The translations under genes and the position numbers were made by a program. A stretch of 64,000 nucleotides of DNA from Trichodelitschia bisporula (Eukaryota), in assembly GCA_010356995.1 (NCBI GenBank), contig ML996694.1, positions 123,224-187,223 on the forward strand. The letters are read 5' to 3'. Shown here one piece after another: positions 35,413 through 47,316 of the stretch; the stretch's first letter is position 1, and each line of letters begins with the position of its first letter. Under the pieces are notes generated by a model, which ran no database searches, was not told where the DNA came from, and saw nothing but the letters and a program-made list of their open reading frames with translations.

Positions 35413-36979
35413 TTGTCGTGGAACCTCGGCAGGTGATGTCGTTGACTACATGGGGGTTGTGGAGGTGAAGGTGATCTGAAAGGAGATTCGGTGACAAACC
35501 GGTTGAGGTGAGAGAGGAAGGGATTCGAACTTTGAAGGTGTTCCGAAGGAAGATTCCGTGACGAACCGAGTGAAGTGAGAGGAAGAAATTCAAACGCTTG
35601 CCGGTATACTTGTGTTGCTGTACGCAACGATGCTGCCAACGACTCGTATCGACAATTCTCCTCGGATTCTTTCTATGTCAGCCAGGAAGTAGCCATCTTC
35701 TAAAGGAGCATGGGCTTACCACACTCAATGGCAACGTATCTCAGGTGAAAGAGTGAGTACGGTAGACGACAAAGATATAGAAGGGAGAGGGAGCAGCGGA
35801 GCCGTGATAAAGCATGCTAATGTCCTCCCAAGTGTCCTCCGGCGCGCTTTCCGTTGACGTCCTGTCCCTTCTTGCAAGAATAAGATGCTCCTTCCGACGT
35901 TGATGCGCACCTTCTCTGAAAAGAATGCCCCTTCCAACGACCAGACACGCCTGCTTTGGATCTATATCACGGTTGACCATGGCGATGATGACCCTCAGCT
36001 TAGGGAAGTATCAACTACTCGGCTTCGACTCCACCGCCATCGTCTTGAAGAGAAGACAAGATAGTCGAGATCTGGGTGGCTGAGCCAAGGCGGTTGAAAG
36101 AGACTACGGCTTGAACAATGGTACAGGTGACGACGGGCGTAGCCCGCCGATTCCGATCCATATCGACGAAGAGAAGACAATCCCAGCACTGTTGGATATC
36201 CAGTTCTCACAGCTCAACTCAAGCCATGCTGACTCATCGCCGGCCCAGACAAGCGTCCTCAGCCTTGCGGCGCTAGCCTCACGCGAGATCTCAACGCCAA
36301 TTCCCACAATGTTGTGCTCGTGAACGGAGTCCGGATTACAGTAGTGAAAAGCAGCTCATGAGAAGACTGATCGAGTCGGCGGGTGCATCACTACAGCACC
36401 AACGTATCCTCCTCAGCACGGGGAAAGTCAAAGACTCATCCTTATCTCTCCCTCTCTCCCCTTCCCAGACCGCTAGAAACCCAAAGCCACCCAGTTAACG
36501 CCCAACCTTATCCAAACGGCGACGGTTAGCATCGGCTCTGATTTTCGCTGGTTCCATGTCTGCTCCTTCTTCGCTGCCCAATATCGGGGAAACTCGCTTC
36601 GTGCATTAGATAGGGCTGTGTTCTCCGATATCGCCCGGTGCTGATAAGGCGCCGGTGTCGGCATACGTGAATCAATTTACGTACGCGGACTAGGGGTGGG
36701 TTAGGGTTCGCACAGCTTACCGTAGTAGAGCACGGTCTTGGAACGGGCTGAAGAGTTTCGGCAGTAAAGGCATTTGGAGGTTCACGATGGTACAGACGGA
36801 GTCATATCTCAAGAATTGAAATTGAACCGTAGCTCATAAGCAACCGTCTATATCCCACCCAACGCCTCACCATGCACCATTACCTGGATATCAACCGCCA
36901 CCGAAAGAAAAACAAAATCCCCAGAGCCGCACATACACATCCAAATCGTGGGTTAGGTACCACTCCCAAAACCACGCCT

Positions 36980-38037
36980 CTACCGACTCGGCCCAGCCTG
37001 CATCCTCGCAAACCGAAAAAGCTGCTTCAACCCCCCCTCCCCTTCACTCCCCGCAACCTCCCTCTTCTCATACACCAGCCTCTCCTCCGCACCATGCCCG
37101 GCATACACGCTCCGTCTCGCCTGCCCGGGTTCCGCCGAGGCGTAAGCCGAGCCATAACCCGCCCCCGAGCCCGAAGCCGAAAAAGGATTCACCAAATCCA
37201 CACTCCTCCCCAGCCCATGACTCGTGCTATACGGATTACTCCTCGGCGGCAACGGGCGCATACTCGGTGTAAACGGTAAACTCCCACTCCCACTACTACT
37301 CGCCGGCGAATGCGGCGCGAAGCTTACCGCCGGCGCAACGGGGCTGTATGTGAAGCTCGCGGGGGCGCGGGTGTGTTTTGGCCTAGAGGGAGGGTAGGAG
37401 GTGTGATGCCGGGCGAAGGGGGGGCGGGGATGGTCGGTATCTGAGTCGGAGTCGGAGTCGGTGTGTGCCGGGGTTGTGGCGGTGTACCGCGGGGAGTGCA
37501 GCGCGGTGGGCGATTTTTGGGGGAGGATGTCCCGGGTGGGTATGTGCGTTGGGGATGGGGGGGTGTGATCTTGTATGTGCGGGATGTGTGTGCTTGAGTC
37601 GCGGCGGCGGCAGCTGTCTCGTTAGTCTAGCCCTGTTCCCTCTGCGAAGGAACACATACCTCTCGCTGCAGTACAGCACCGCGTTGGGGACAATAATTTG
37701 CTTGTCGCACGTCGCGCTGCGAACGTCAGCCTCGTCCTTCACCAATGCCATCCTATGTGCAAGACAGCCTCGGACCCACGCACCAGAACTGCAAAAAACT
37801 CGCGCCCAGCATTTCGTCCTCGCTATCCGTGTGGCTTTGTACCTTGCCTGCGCGGGAGCTGGGGCGGGAATTCGGTCGAGAGTTGGGTCGACTGGCGGAG
37901 GCGTGCGTGTGGGCGCGCTTGCTGCCGGTTGACGTGCGAGGACCGCGCGATGCGTGCGGACCGCTCGCTCTGCGAGTATGGTGCAGGTGAGTCCCCGCCG
38001 GGGGAGCGCGGGCGTGGTGGTGGGCTGTCGAGGCCAT
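36980..38037 (-). CDS. ecl1: Ecl1-family (extender of chronological lifespan) Cys4 protein, 3 exons
   Basis: Spliced motif SFLQFCATCDKQIIVPNAVLYCSESCRRRD followed by a Ser/Pro-rich tail reading in frame into RPLPPRSNPYSTS...SVDLVNP...YEK...GGLKQLF. Confidence 0.85.
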
Positions 38038-40218
38038 TGTGCTGGGGGTGGGGAGATATATATGTGGTGAGGTGTGGTGAGGTGTGGTGAGGCTGCAGGG
38101 CGGCTGCACCGTTGAGCGAGTTTCAGGATCGGCGAGAGGGGATTGGTGGAGGGGCAGAGGCCACGACTGTGGGAATGGCGGTGACACGAGGCGCGGCGGA
38201 GGGGATGGTGTTCCCTGCTTCGAGGCGGCTTATCGGTGAGATGTCGGTTGGGTTTTTCAGTTTCTATGTGCGTTGTCTCAGCTAGGGACGGAGGCTGAAG
38301 GGATACGGTTCCGGTGCAGTGTGAAGGGAACGGGAGAGATAGAGGTGCATGGTGGTACGTACCTATCGGGTATATTTAGAGGAGGGAGATATCGGAGGCG
38401 ATTGAGGGGCGAGCAGAAGGTGTGACGCTTTGTTATGACGCTCGACGCCTTTTCTTCGGATTATTCTACCGAGACGGCACCGCCGATTTGATGCTTCAGC
38501 TGGATAGCTACAGTGCTCCGCAGCTAGCTGGGATGGCGCCAAGGGGAGTGGAGGGGCAACCCCAGATTGTTCTTATCGACGACGGCTGGAAGCGGATAAA
38601 GGCGAGGAAGGGAGTAGAGGAAGTCAATCGGTGACTGGAGGGAGGAACTGAGGGAGAGGTGAAGCAGGTGTCCGAGTGGGTGTTCTTTGATTCCCTTGGG
38701 CGCTGATATGGAGCGGGGAGGCAGCACAATGAACAAACAACGACTTTCCCTCTGAAAGGCAACGCAAATGATAACGATTCGTCGATCAACGTCTCCCAAT
38801 TGCGTCAAATCCAACGATCTCGTAGAGCAGATCGAGCCTCAAAAAAGCAAGACCAAACAACGTCGTTAAGAACGGAATAAAAGCGTCAGAGAGAAACGAA
38901 CGGATAGCAGTAACCACACCATCCTCCCGTTCTCTCCCACGCCTTTTATCACCTCCATCCAGCCCTTCGCGGGGGGTGTTCGCCCCCACCCCACACACCC
39001 GCCCAAATTACTCTTCAGTGGAACAGGCCGCGCATACCCCCAAATAGGATATCCTACCCACAGTAGGTTCGCGCCCACATCCCCTCCGCCCAATCCCATC
39101 CCCAGAAAACGGGCCGATATCGTCCCTCCCTCCCCAAGCCATAGCACTCGACCGCACTCAACTTCGCCGTACCACTGCAACCCGCACGCCCCGCCGCGGT
39201 GCCTGGAAGTATAGTCAGGGATAACCTCTCTCGCATCCAAGCGCTTGATACGCACCGCGTGGCTGCGCACCGCGTCGGCGTGCGGTGGCTCGGGAATCAC
39301 AATATTTTCGTGCCGCAGACGCGATTACCACAATCAATGTCCTCTTACGCTTCCGCAATCGCACACGCTTTCCCCTCCCATGGCTTGATAGCTTCCGTCC
39401 CCCCACTCACCCCTCCACCAGCCAATGAGACATCCCACCCCGCACCGCCAAGCGCCGGCCGCTGCGGGGAAATACGCAGTAAAGCGCCCCCGAGCGATCG
39501 GATTGCGCCTTCAAGCCTCATGCAAAAAGCCGTTGGGAAAGAGCAAATAATACAACCTCGTGCTACGCAACCTTGATGGGCGGCAGGCAGCTTACGTTGC
39601 TCCCCTAGTGCCAGGACTCGGTGAGACCGCGGGCGGCATGCCGAATGCCGAGCTACGGTTTGCCACCGTGCAGAGGCCGCTGCAATATCAATCCCGGTAT
39701 CAGGTCGAGTCTGCGCATCCCGGGATGGGAGGAGGATTCGCTGGTGCACTCGCTGTGCGAGCCGGGGTTGTTGCGCCCGTCCCGCGGTGGGATATTCCGA
39801 CCGCGGGTAGCCGTGCAACGCCGACCCGCTATTGTGTGCTTGATACGAGAGATAGTGTTTGGGTGAGTCAAATGTCGACAGGGAGAGGACAAATTGCGCC
39901 TGTAGGGCGTAGACGGCGAGTGTATGGCGTGGAAGGCTAGGTGTGGATGGCGACATCTTGTGCCTTGCAGTGCTTGGCCTTGTTCAGGGTAGGGATGGAT
40001 TGGGGAGGTGGTGAGGCCTGGGCGGTGGGTAGGGGGGGGATGGGACCATACCGCTTGGTGCGCACGAAATGGGCGATCGATCGGTGGGCGTGGTGATGGA
40101 CATGGGGTTGGGGTTGGCATGTGGTGTTTAATCTCGAAGGTGAGGCTGAGAGATTGAGAAGACGCATGTGTTGGGTGTGAGGTGTTTCATGGGCTCGCTG
40201 ATGCCTGCTTTGATGTGC

Positions 40219-40328
40219 GGGAATTCATGCTCAGAGGCATTTCATGCCCACTGGGTTATGAGGGAATCGATGCTCGGAGGCATTTCAATACCACTGGGCT
40301 ATGAGGGATTATTCATGCCCCAGAAGGC
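40219..40328. repeat. Imperfect tandem repeat, ~2.5 x 43 bp
   Basis: Units at 40219, 40262, 40305: GGGAAT..ATGCTC.GAGGCATTTCA...CCACTGGG.TATGA. Confidence 0.85.
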
Positions 40329-40539
40329 GCCAGTCTCTGGGTCGTGAGGTAATTGAGGTCCAGAGTGATGAAAGAGGCCGACTCGGAGTTCCGGACTCCC
40401 CGCTCAAAAACACCAATGGCAATCCGTCGCCTCAAGATGGCCCGAATCCAAGAGATCAGCACTGCTTCGATATTATGCTCAACAAAATGCCAGTCCCGAT
40501 CCCGGAAGACAATGAGAATGAAGCCTGCAATCACCAACC

Positions 40540-41862
40540 CTAATCCGGCAGCTCCTCAGCTGGCCCCTCTCTCCATAGCTCGAGAACTTCAATCGGACAC
40601 ATACTCGAGTAATACGGCACAAACCGTTCCCCCTTCTTCAACGTCCAGTTACAATCTTGCATCTCGATCCCTCTGCGCCCTGCACTCATGTCAGTCAAAG
40701 CCTAACACCAACACACAGGAACATACTGCACTCGTCCTTAAACACCTCATACGTCCCCTCCCCCCTCACCGTACTCGCAATATACGCAACCGTCTGCCCC
40801 CCCTCCCTCGGCGCCAACAGCGCATGCAGCGTCTCCACCAGCGCCGGCGTATTAGTCGCATCATACGTCTGCACGCATAAGCCCCACAACTCCGCACCTT
40901 AATACCCCGGAAACACTCACAATGTCCGCGCCTAGCACAACATCAAACGTCCCCCTCATCTCCTCGATATGCCCAAACGGCTCGCCCCACGGCAGCGTCA
41001 CCGCGCGGATCTCGCTCTCTTCGTTGTCAGGGCCCTGCCCGTTGAGCGCTATATTGGCCCGCAGCGCCTCGACGACGCGGGCGTCGCCGTCGGTGGCGAC
41101 GACACTGGACGTCAGCAGCAGCGCGCATACGAGCGCGAGAAGACCGGTCCCCGAGCCGAGTTCTAGGACGTGGCGCCCGGCGATGAGGTATGAGGCTGAG
41201 AGGAGAGAGCGGGCGAGGTGCAGCGAGGCTTCCCAGGTGCGGACGCCGGTGGTGCCTGAGGCGGCGAGGACGGAGCGCGTTTCGAGGATGGTGATGGGGG
41301 GGACGTGGGGTGGGAAGGTGTAGCTTACGTAGGCGGGTGTTTGGGGGGATGAGGAGGGGAGGGGGGTGGAGAGGAGATGGCCGAAGTAGGTGGCGAGGCT
41401 GTCGGAGAGTTCCTGGCGCGGGTTAGGTGGTTGTCATGGAAGCGGTGATTGAGGATAGATATATAGTCGCATTGAAATGTGGATTAGAGCAGCTAAGTAC
41501 TGGAGGAGTAAGATGCTGAATCCTCCTCTTGAATCTCAAAGTCTCCCGCTGAGTGTGTAAGCAGTAACGCAGAACGCAAAGACGGAAGAGCATCAGGAAA
41601 CGCTACAACCTACATCCTCCTCGGGATCATCGATGGCACCCTCGATAGTTTTGATCAGACGCTTCAAGATTCGAAGCTGATACCTGAGCGGCGGTGCATA
41701 TTTTACGTTCTCGAACAGCATCTCATAGAGCCACTGTTGGGCCTGCGGCTTCTTGAGAAGCGTAGGTGCCGGCCATCGCAGCAAATCCAACTCGACAAGT
41801 TGAAAGTACTCGTGCGAAAAATCGACAAGGCGCTCCTTTTCGTCTCTAGTGAGGTCTGCCAT
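40540..41862 (-). CDS. EFM3: Protein-lysine N-methyltransferase Efm3/FAM86 (eEF2 KMT), 4 exons
   Basis: N-terminal YFQL...PPLRYQLRILKRLI, then SGTTGVRTWEASLHL, VLELGSGTGL (motif I), ATDGD, DVVLGADI/TYD. Confidence 0.9.
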
Positions 41863-42203
41863 GTAACCAATTGTTTGACGTCGTTGAGTTTCGAGATGGT
41901 CGAGAGGTGCAGCCTGAGAGCTCAGGCAGGTTGACATAAGCCGGTCTTGGCTGTCCGTCCGCCAAGACCTCGTCCCGGCACAACGTTAGCCCGCAATTTG
42001 GCGAACCCACAAACGCCTCCCACGCCCGCCGCTCAACACCGCACTCCCGGACATCGACGACGTAGTGACAATCCACCCGCGAGCGGTTCCCATCACGACA
42101 TTCGACAAAGACAGTACGCTTCATCCCCATTTCCCGAATCCTTGCGTCAAGGAGGGCATTTTCTAACATCTGCTTGGCATAGTCGACATAGTCTTCGCCC
42201 ATC

Positions 42204-42712
42204 ATGTCGTCGGACGCCCCTGTCACCTTGCGCACGCGCAAATTCATTCGCAACCCGCTGCTGGCGCGCAAGCAGATGGTCGTGTGAGTTGGCATTGGAT
42301 ATACTGAAGGAAGGATGATGCTGATGGAGTCCAGTGACGTGCTGCACCCCAACCGCCCGAACGTCTCCAAGGACGAGCTCCGCACGAAGTTGTCCGAGCT
42401 GTACAAGGCCAACAAGGAGCAGGTGTCCATCTTCGGTCTGCGGACACAGTACGGTGGTGGCAAGAGCACTGGCTTCGCTCTGATCTACGACTCCTCCGAG
42501 GCGCTGAAGAAGTTCGAGCCCCACTACCGGCTGGTGCGCTACGGCCTGGCCGCCAAGATTGAGAAGGCGTCTCGGCAGCAGCGTACGTTTCCTTTCCTAT
42601 CAGTACTACGCAAACCACTGACATTCCCAAAGGCAAGCAGCGCAAGAACCGTGCGAAGGAGTTCCGTGGTACGGCCAAGACCAAGGGCGCCAAGTCGAAG
42701 GACAAGAAATAA
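42204..42712 (+). CDS. RPS24: 40S ribosomal protein eS24, 3 exons
   Basis: [37 protein letters not shown]...[21 protein letters not shown]...[13 protein letters not shown]...RQQR/KQRKNR. Confidence 0.97.
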
Positions 42713-45700
42713 ACATATCTCTCTGGCTGCGGGCGTTGTGGCTGGGTGTCGGCGCGTGGGCTATCTCTGCGAAGGCGGCGGCGACTATTGCGCACCAGGT
42801 GTGGTTCTGTTCGTCGTGTGGGTATGATAGACGGACAGCAACGTTTGGTTGCGTGTCGGATGCTGACCTGGCTTGAAATGCACATGCTCTGAAGCTCTTT
42901 TCTTGCGATGTATATGTCTGTGCTGTGTGCGTGGTGAGGATGTTGATTTTGATGTGTCGAGCCGATGGCTATCAGAATTTTCAGAGGCGACCGGCGCCCT
43001 GTGCTTACCGAGACCTGGTTATACGACGAGAAAGAAACCCGATAGATATGGGTTGAAGTCATCGACTGCTGCCATCTACCATTTGTTTCGATGCTTAAAT
43101 TCGTTTTGCCCACCATATGGAGTGATGCTTTTCGACATCTCGCATGAGCCAAAGGGTGACAGTCAATCAGTTCTCTCTGGCTCTTCCCCACTATTCAAGC
43201 CCGTCTAACCCGTATTTAGTTCCCGTCTCTCATATTCCTACAACACAACCTTCAGCGCCCTCACGGTTTGCTCACGGCATCGCCCGCAACACATATCGGG
43301 TCTGGAAAAAATCATTTCGTCTCGTGCGCTTGCTGCTGCTGGTCCTTATCACCGTGCTGTGATATGGACTGCTCCGTACGGTCCATACGATACGTCCAAT
43401 CGACGTTGAAAATCGTTCTTGTCTACCTATCCATCATCCTGACCCTCGCCTGAGCGTGCATTGAAGGTGGGTATGGGCTATGTCACATAGTGGTGAGGAC
43501 AACACGTTGTGCCTGCCACTGCCATCGCTGCTCCGTGTTAAACTCTGGTTCTTACAAGGCATAGACAGCATTTTTGCGGGGTTAGATATGTATGAGGGAG
43601 GCTGGGCTGGCTGCTGGATTGTCTTCAGCGCGTCCAGAACTAGACGACGAAAGGTAGACGCATCGAAGTCGAAATAGATATTGCGAGGTACTACACTCAG
43701 TGTTTGAACTAGCGACCGACTGCGGTTCTGCGCCATCCCATTGCCTGCAGGGTATATTGGCCTGTAATCGCGCCGACAACCTCCTGCCGCTTCTCCGCAC
43801 CACCGTCGCCGCGAGCCGCCGTTAGCCTTTCCTGCCGCTTGCCTCGAGGGGTAGGTACAGCTCATCTGGACGTTGTGTTTGATGGTCGCGAGCGGGCGGA
43901 GGACGCGTGGTACCGGGGATGGATAGAGAGCTTATAGGCGTGTAAATGGATATGCATTCTGCGATGCTGAACTGCCGTGCTGGTTTCAGCGTCTAGCTGG
44001 TGACGAGTGTCGCCCTTCGGCCATCGTGGCCCCTTGCTCACCTCAATGAATTCGACGTTGGCAGACTGCCGAGTTAGCTTCATTCTATCTAGTGGCAGCC
44101 GCTCATTTCTCTTCGGCCTCTATGGCCAGGTGCAGTGCTGCACACCCACTGTCTGAATGAGCGGGGTTCTCGCCGCTGGAGGGTCGGTGATTGCGTCTCG
44201 CTGCCAGTTCTGGTATCTAGCACGACGGCAGCGCGTATGCATCCCATCGTCGCGAAAGGACTGGGCTCTAGACTAGTATCCCACCGCCTGTGTAGCAGCT
44301 TGTGGACCCCGACCGCGACTCGTTTCGCCTAGCAAACAGTCATTACGGCGAGCAGACAGCTTCCGTGTCTGACGCGCATGAACCACTCGTAAAATCCCGC
44401 TTTTTGCCGGATGCGGAGCCACTGTGCGGAGGCTATATACATGCTGTACGCCCTCATTGGCCCAGTCGAACCGCATCGATGCCTCTGCTAAACTCGCTGG
44501 CAGTACGACTCCAGCGACGCACATAGGTTTGATGTGGTTTCCTGTGCATCCCTAGCCGGGGACGAGCCCCGCGAGGGCTAGACCACGGTATCCCGTCTCC
44601 TGTGTATCAGCTGTAGCCTCGCCGATCGCATCGTGCTTCGCATAGGAAACCGCCGCCGGGGCGAGCCTCTGGGTCCCAGATCCGGAGTGTCCACACAGGG
44701 TGGCATTTACGGTATCCCCTCAGCTTGTACAGCAGCTTGTAGATTCACTGATCCTGAAATCTGATCGTCTGACAAACCGACATCGTGGCTCGCCTCCAGA
44801 CCTCGCGTCTAGTACTCCTGAAGCGCGCGTAGACCCCAGCGTCACTCCACCCTTTGGAAGAACTCAGACGATGAGCAAATGCGCTGGAAACGATATCGCC
44901 ATGTCCTCCAGCTGGATATGAGTTCGTAGACAGAGCTGTCGCCTAACAAAGCGCCCTTGCGTTTTGCCGCCAACTCTCGCACCTAGCACGCTTACAATAC
45001 ACGGAAATCTGAGAGTCACACATGCTCCGTTGCAGTCCCTTTGCCAGATGCCCCTCTCATGTGCTGGTCCAGCCGTAGAGCCCGAGTCCCGCGACTTGGG
45101 TGGGGAGAAGGCGAGACTGGCAGCGGGAAACAAGCTTCACGATTCTGGCCTCTGTTGCCGGTCTGGGCCAATATGCCACTTGAATGTATTGTTCTTCATG
45201 TCTAGCTAACTGGCTCAAGGTCCGCGACCACGCAGCCGGCTCGCTGGCTGTCGCGTAGATGCAAAGCTTGCCGCTATGGGCAGGCTTCACGATTCTTGCC
45301 TTGCCGTTGGTATAGGCCAGCAGGGCGCTCGAGTCTGTCCTGGATTCGTCTCCGATTTACTCGCTTAACGCGGAAGCAAATGCGCAGGCAGGATCGCATC
45401 CGCGAAGCTCATCGTTGTGGTGAAACCTCACAAATCTTGCTTTTACCGGCAATCTAGTCCATTGCCCTGCTTGATAGTATCATAGATTCGTCTCCTAGTA
45501 GCTCGCTTACCGCCCAAAACAAGTGCGCGGGCGGCATCGCACCCGCAAAGCTCGTCGACATGGCCAAATTTCGAAATTTCACCGAGTTCAGACAAGAGCT
45601 CGAGGTTGGGACAAGCAAACTTCAGGCATCTCATGGGAAATTCAGGCACCACTCACCGTCGCCCTCGGCGCGCGGTCAGTGCGCAGCATGGCAAGAACCC

Positions 45701-45829
45701 GCCCGTCACCCATCGCTCCTTCCCAAAACAGCGGGCAGCGGCCAAAAAACTCGCTTACACTACCGCATGCGGTTAGACACATGTGAGAAACGGTCTTGGC
45801 AGCCTCGCCTCGCAGACCACCTCGAGGAG

Positions 45830-45925
45830 TATAAATACCTCGATTTCAGAGCTCCCTCAAACCCTTTCCTCTACAACTCTTCCTCCTCCTTCAGTTTTCT
45901 CCTTCCTCGTTTTTCTCTTCCAACT
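45830..45925 (+). promoter_or_regulatory. Core-promoter-like element: TATAAATA followed by CT-rich tract
   Basis: TATAAATA at 45830-45837, then a pyrimidine-rich tract ~45860-45925, the usual filamentous-fungal arrangement; no convincing CDS follows. Confidence 0.5.
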
Positions 45926-45929
45926 CCCA

Positions 45930-46184
45930 GGCCTCTCGTCCGACAGCAGTGCGCTGCTGAGAGGTGTCTGATGGTTAATTACCAAGCTAAAGCTTAGTGG
46001 GGAGGGTGGGTTGGGCTGACCAGTCTCTGGTGTAGCTACGGCCGCCAGAGTACTGGTCTCAAGTGGGCTTCCGAGGGTAATTCCAGTTTGCTGGTCCGGG
46101 CCTCTCTCGTCCGGCGGCAGTGCGCTGCTGAGAGGGCCTGATGGTTAATTCCTAAGCTAAAGCTTAGGGAGGTGGGCGGGTTGG
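45930..46184. repeat. Direct repeat A, 2 x ~85 bp (45930-46014 and 46099-46184)
   Basis: Shared CTCTCGTCCG.C.GCAGTGCGCTGCTGAGAGG...CTGATGGTTAATT.C.AAGCTAAAGCTTAG...GGGTTGG. Confidence 0.92.
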
Positions 46185-46246
46185 ATGAGACGTATGATGA
46201 ACTTGCTTTGGTTCCGCCGAGAGCGGCCTCAAGCTCTGAGTCTCAA

Positions 46247-46350
46247 CAGTGGGTTTCTGAGAGTAGTGGGCTTCTGGGGACAGTGGGCTTATGTGGGCAG
46301 TGAGCTTCAGGGGGCAGTGGGCTTCTGCGGGCTGGGGGCTTCAGTGGGCA
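46247..46350. repeat. 17-bp minisatellite, ~6 degenerate copies (CAGTGGGCTTCTGGGGR)
   Basis: cagtgggtttctgagag / tagtgggcttctgggga / cagtgggcttatgtggg / cagtgagcttcaggggg / cagtgggcttctgcggg. Confidence 0.9.
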
Positions 46351-46834
46351 AATACCTCTAGATCCTCCTCTCCTCCACCTCCTCCACTCCACCTCTTCCT
46401 CCACACTTCACCTTCACCTTCACCACCACCTTCACCACCACCTCAACCTCCTCCTTCTTTGCCAATCCCTTGCCCGCTAGCGGACTTCAAGGGCGTGGGT
46501 GTCGCCTCTCCTCCTCCTTCTTTGCCGATCCCTTAGCCGCTAGCAAACCCCAAGGGCAAGGGCGGAGTGTCGTTTTTTCATCCCCCTCCTCCTCTACTTC
46601 TACTTCTACCAGTGGGATTTTGAGGGCAATGACCAGTCTCCAGGTGTCTCGTACCGCCGGAGTTCTGAGTCCCAAGTGGGCTTGTGAGGGCAAACTCCAG
46701 CATGGGCGGACGGGCGGACTGGACAAGACAATGATGAACGCACTATGCACTCTGACACAGCTTCGGCTAACCTGAGTTTTCTGAGTCTTAACTGGGCTTC
46801 CGAGGGCAACATTTCTCTTCTTTCCAGGCCTCGA

Positions 46835-47316
46835 TAACGGCTCTCCGTTAAGAGGCCTTGAGCTCTTCCTCCAGGCTAACGCTCGGAGGTGGTGGGTGGG
46901 ATGGAAAGGCAATGAAGAGCAATGCTCCGAACGCGGCTTCGGCTAACGTGGACCTCCCAGCTCCAGCTCCGGCGGACACTGGGCTCGGAGTCTCAAGTGA
47001 GCTCGTTTAGCTGGACTTAAGTTGGTTCCCGAAACTTTTCTTTTGACTCCGATCCAGGCTTTGGGGACCCCCTGGGCCTCGTAAGCGAGGTAGGAGTGCT
47101 TTCTCTTCTTGTCTGGGTCTCTTTAACGGCTCTCCGTTAAGAGGCCTTGAGCTCTTCCTCCAAGCTAACGCTCGGAGGCGGTGGGTGGGATTGGTGAGAT
47201 AATGATGAGCAATGCTCCGAACGCGGCTTCGGCTAACGTGGACCTCCCAGCTCCAGCTCCGGCGGACACTGGGCTCGGAGTCTCAAGTGAGCTCGTTTAG
47301 CTGGACTTTAGTTGGC
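46835..47316. repeat. Direct repeat B, 2 x ~190 bp (46835-47025 and 47124-47315), period ~289 bp
   Basis: Near-identical blocks from TAACGGCTCTCCGTTAAGAGG to GTGAGCTCGTTTAGCTGGACTT. Confidence 0.95.

Noticed and set aside
39199..39960. Possible gene in the C-to-G block between ecl1 and EFM3
   Set aside because: No consistent splice path or recognisable motif joins the short ORFs.
43610..43690. NIYFDFDASTFRRLVLDALKTI resembles an OmpA C-terminal motif (possible bacterial transfer)
   Set aside because: Only a short match; the rest of the ORF has no OmpA features (no GHTD or LS..RA motif).
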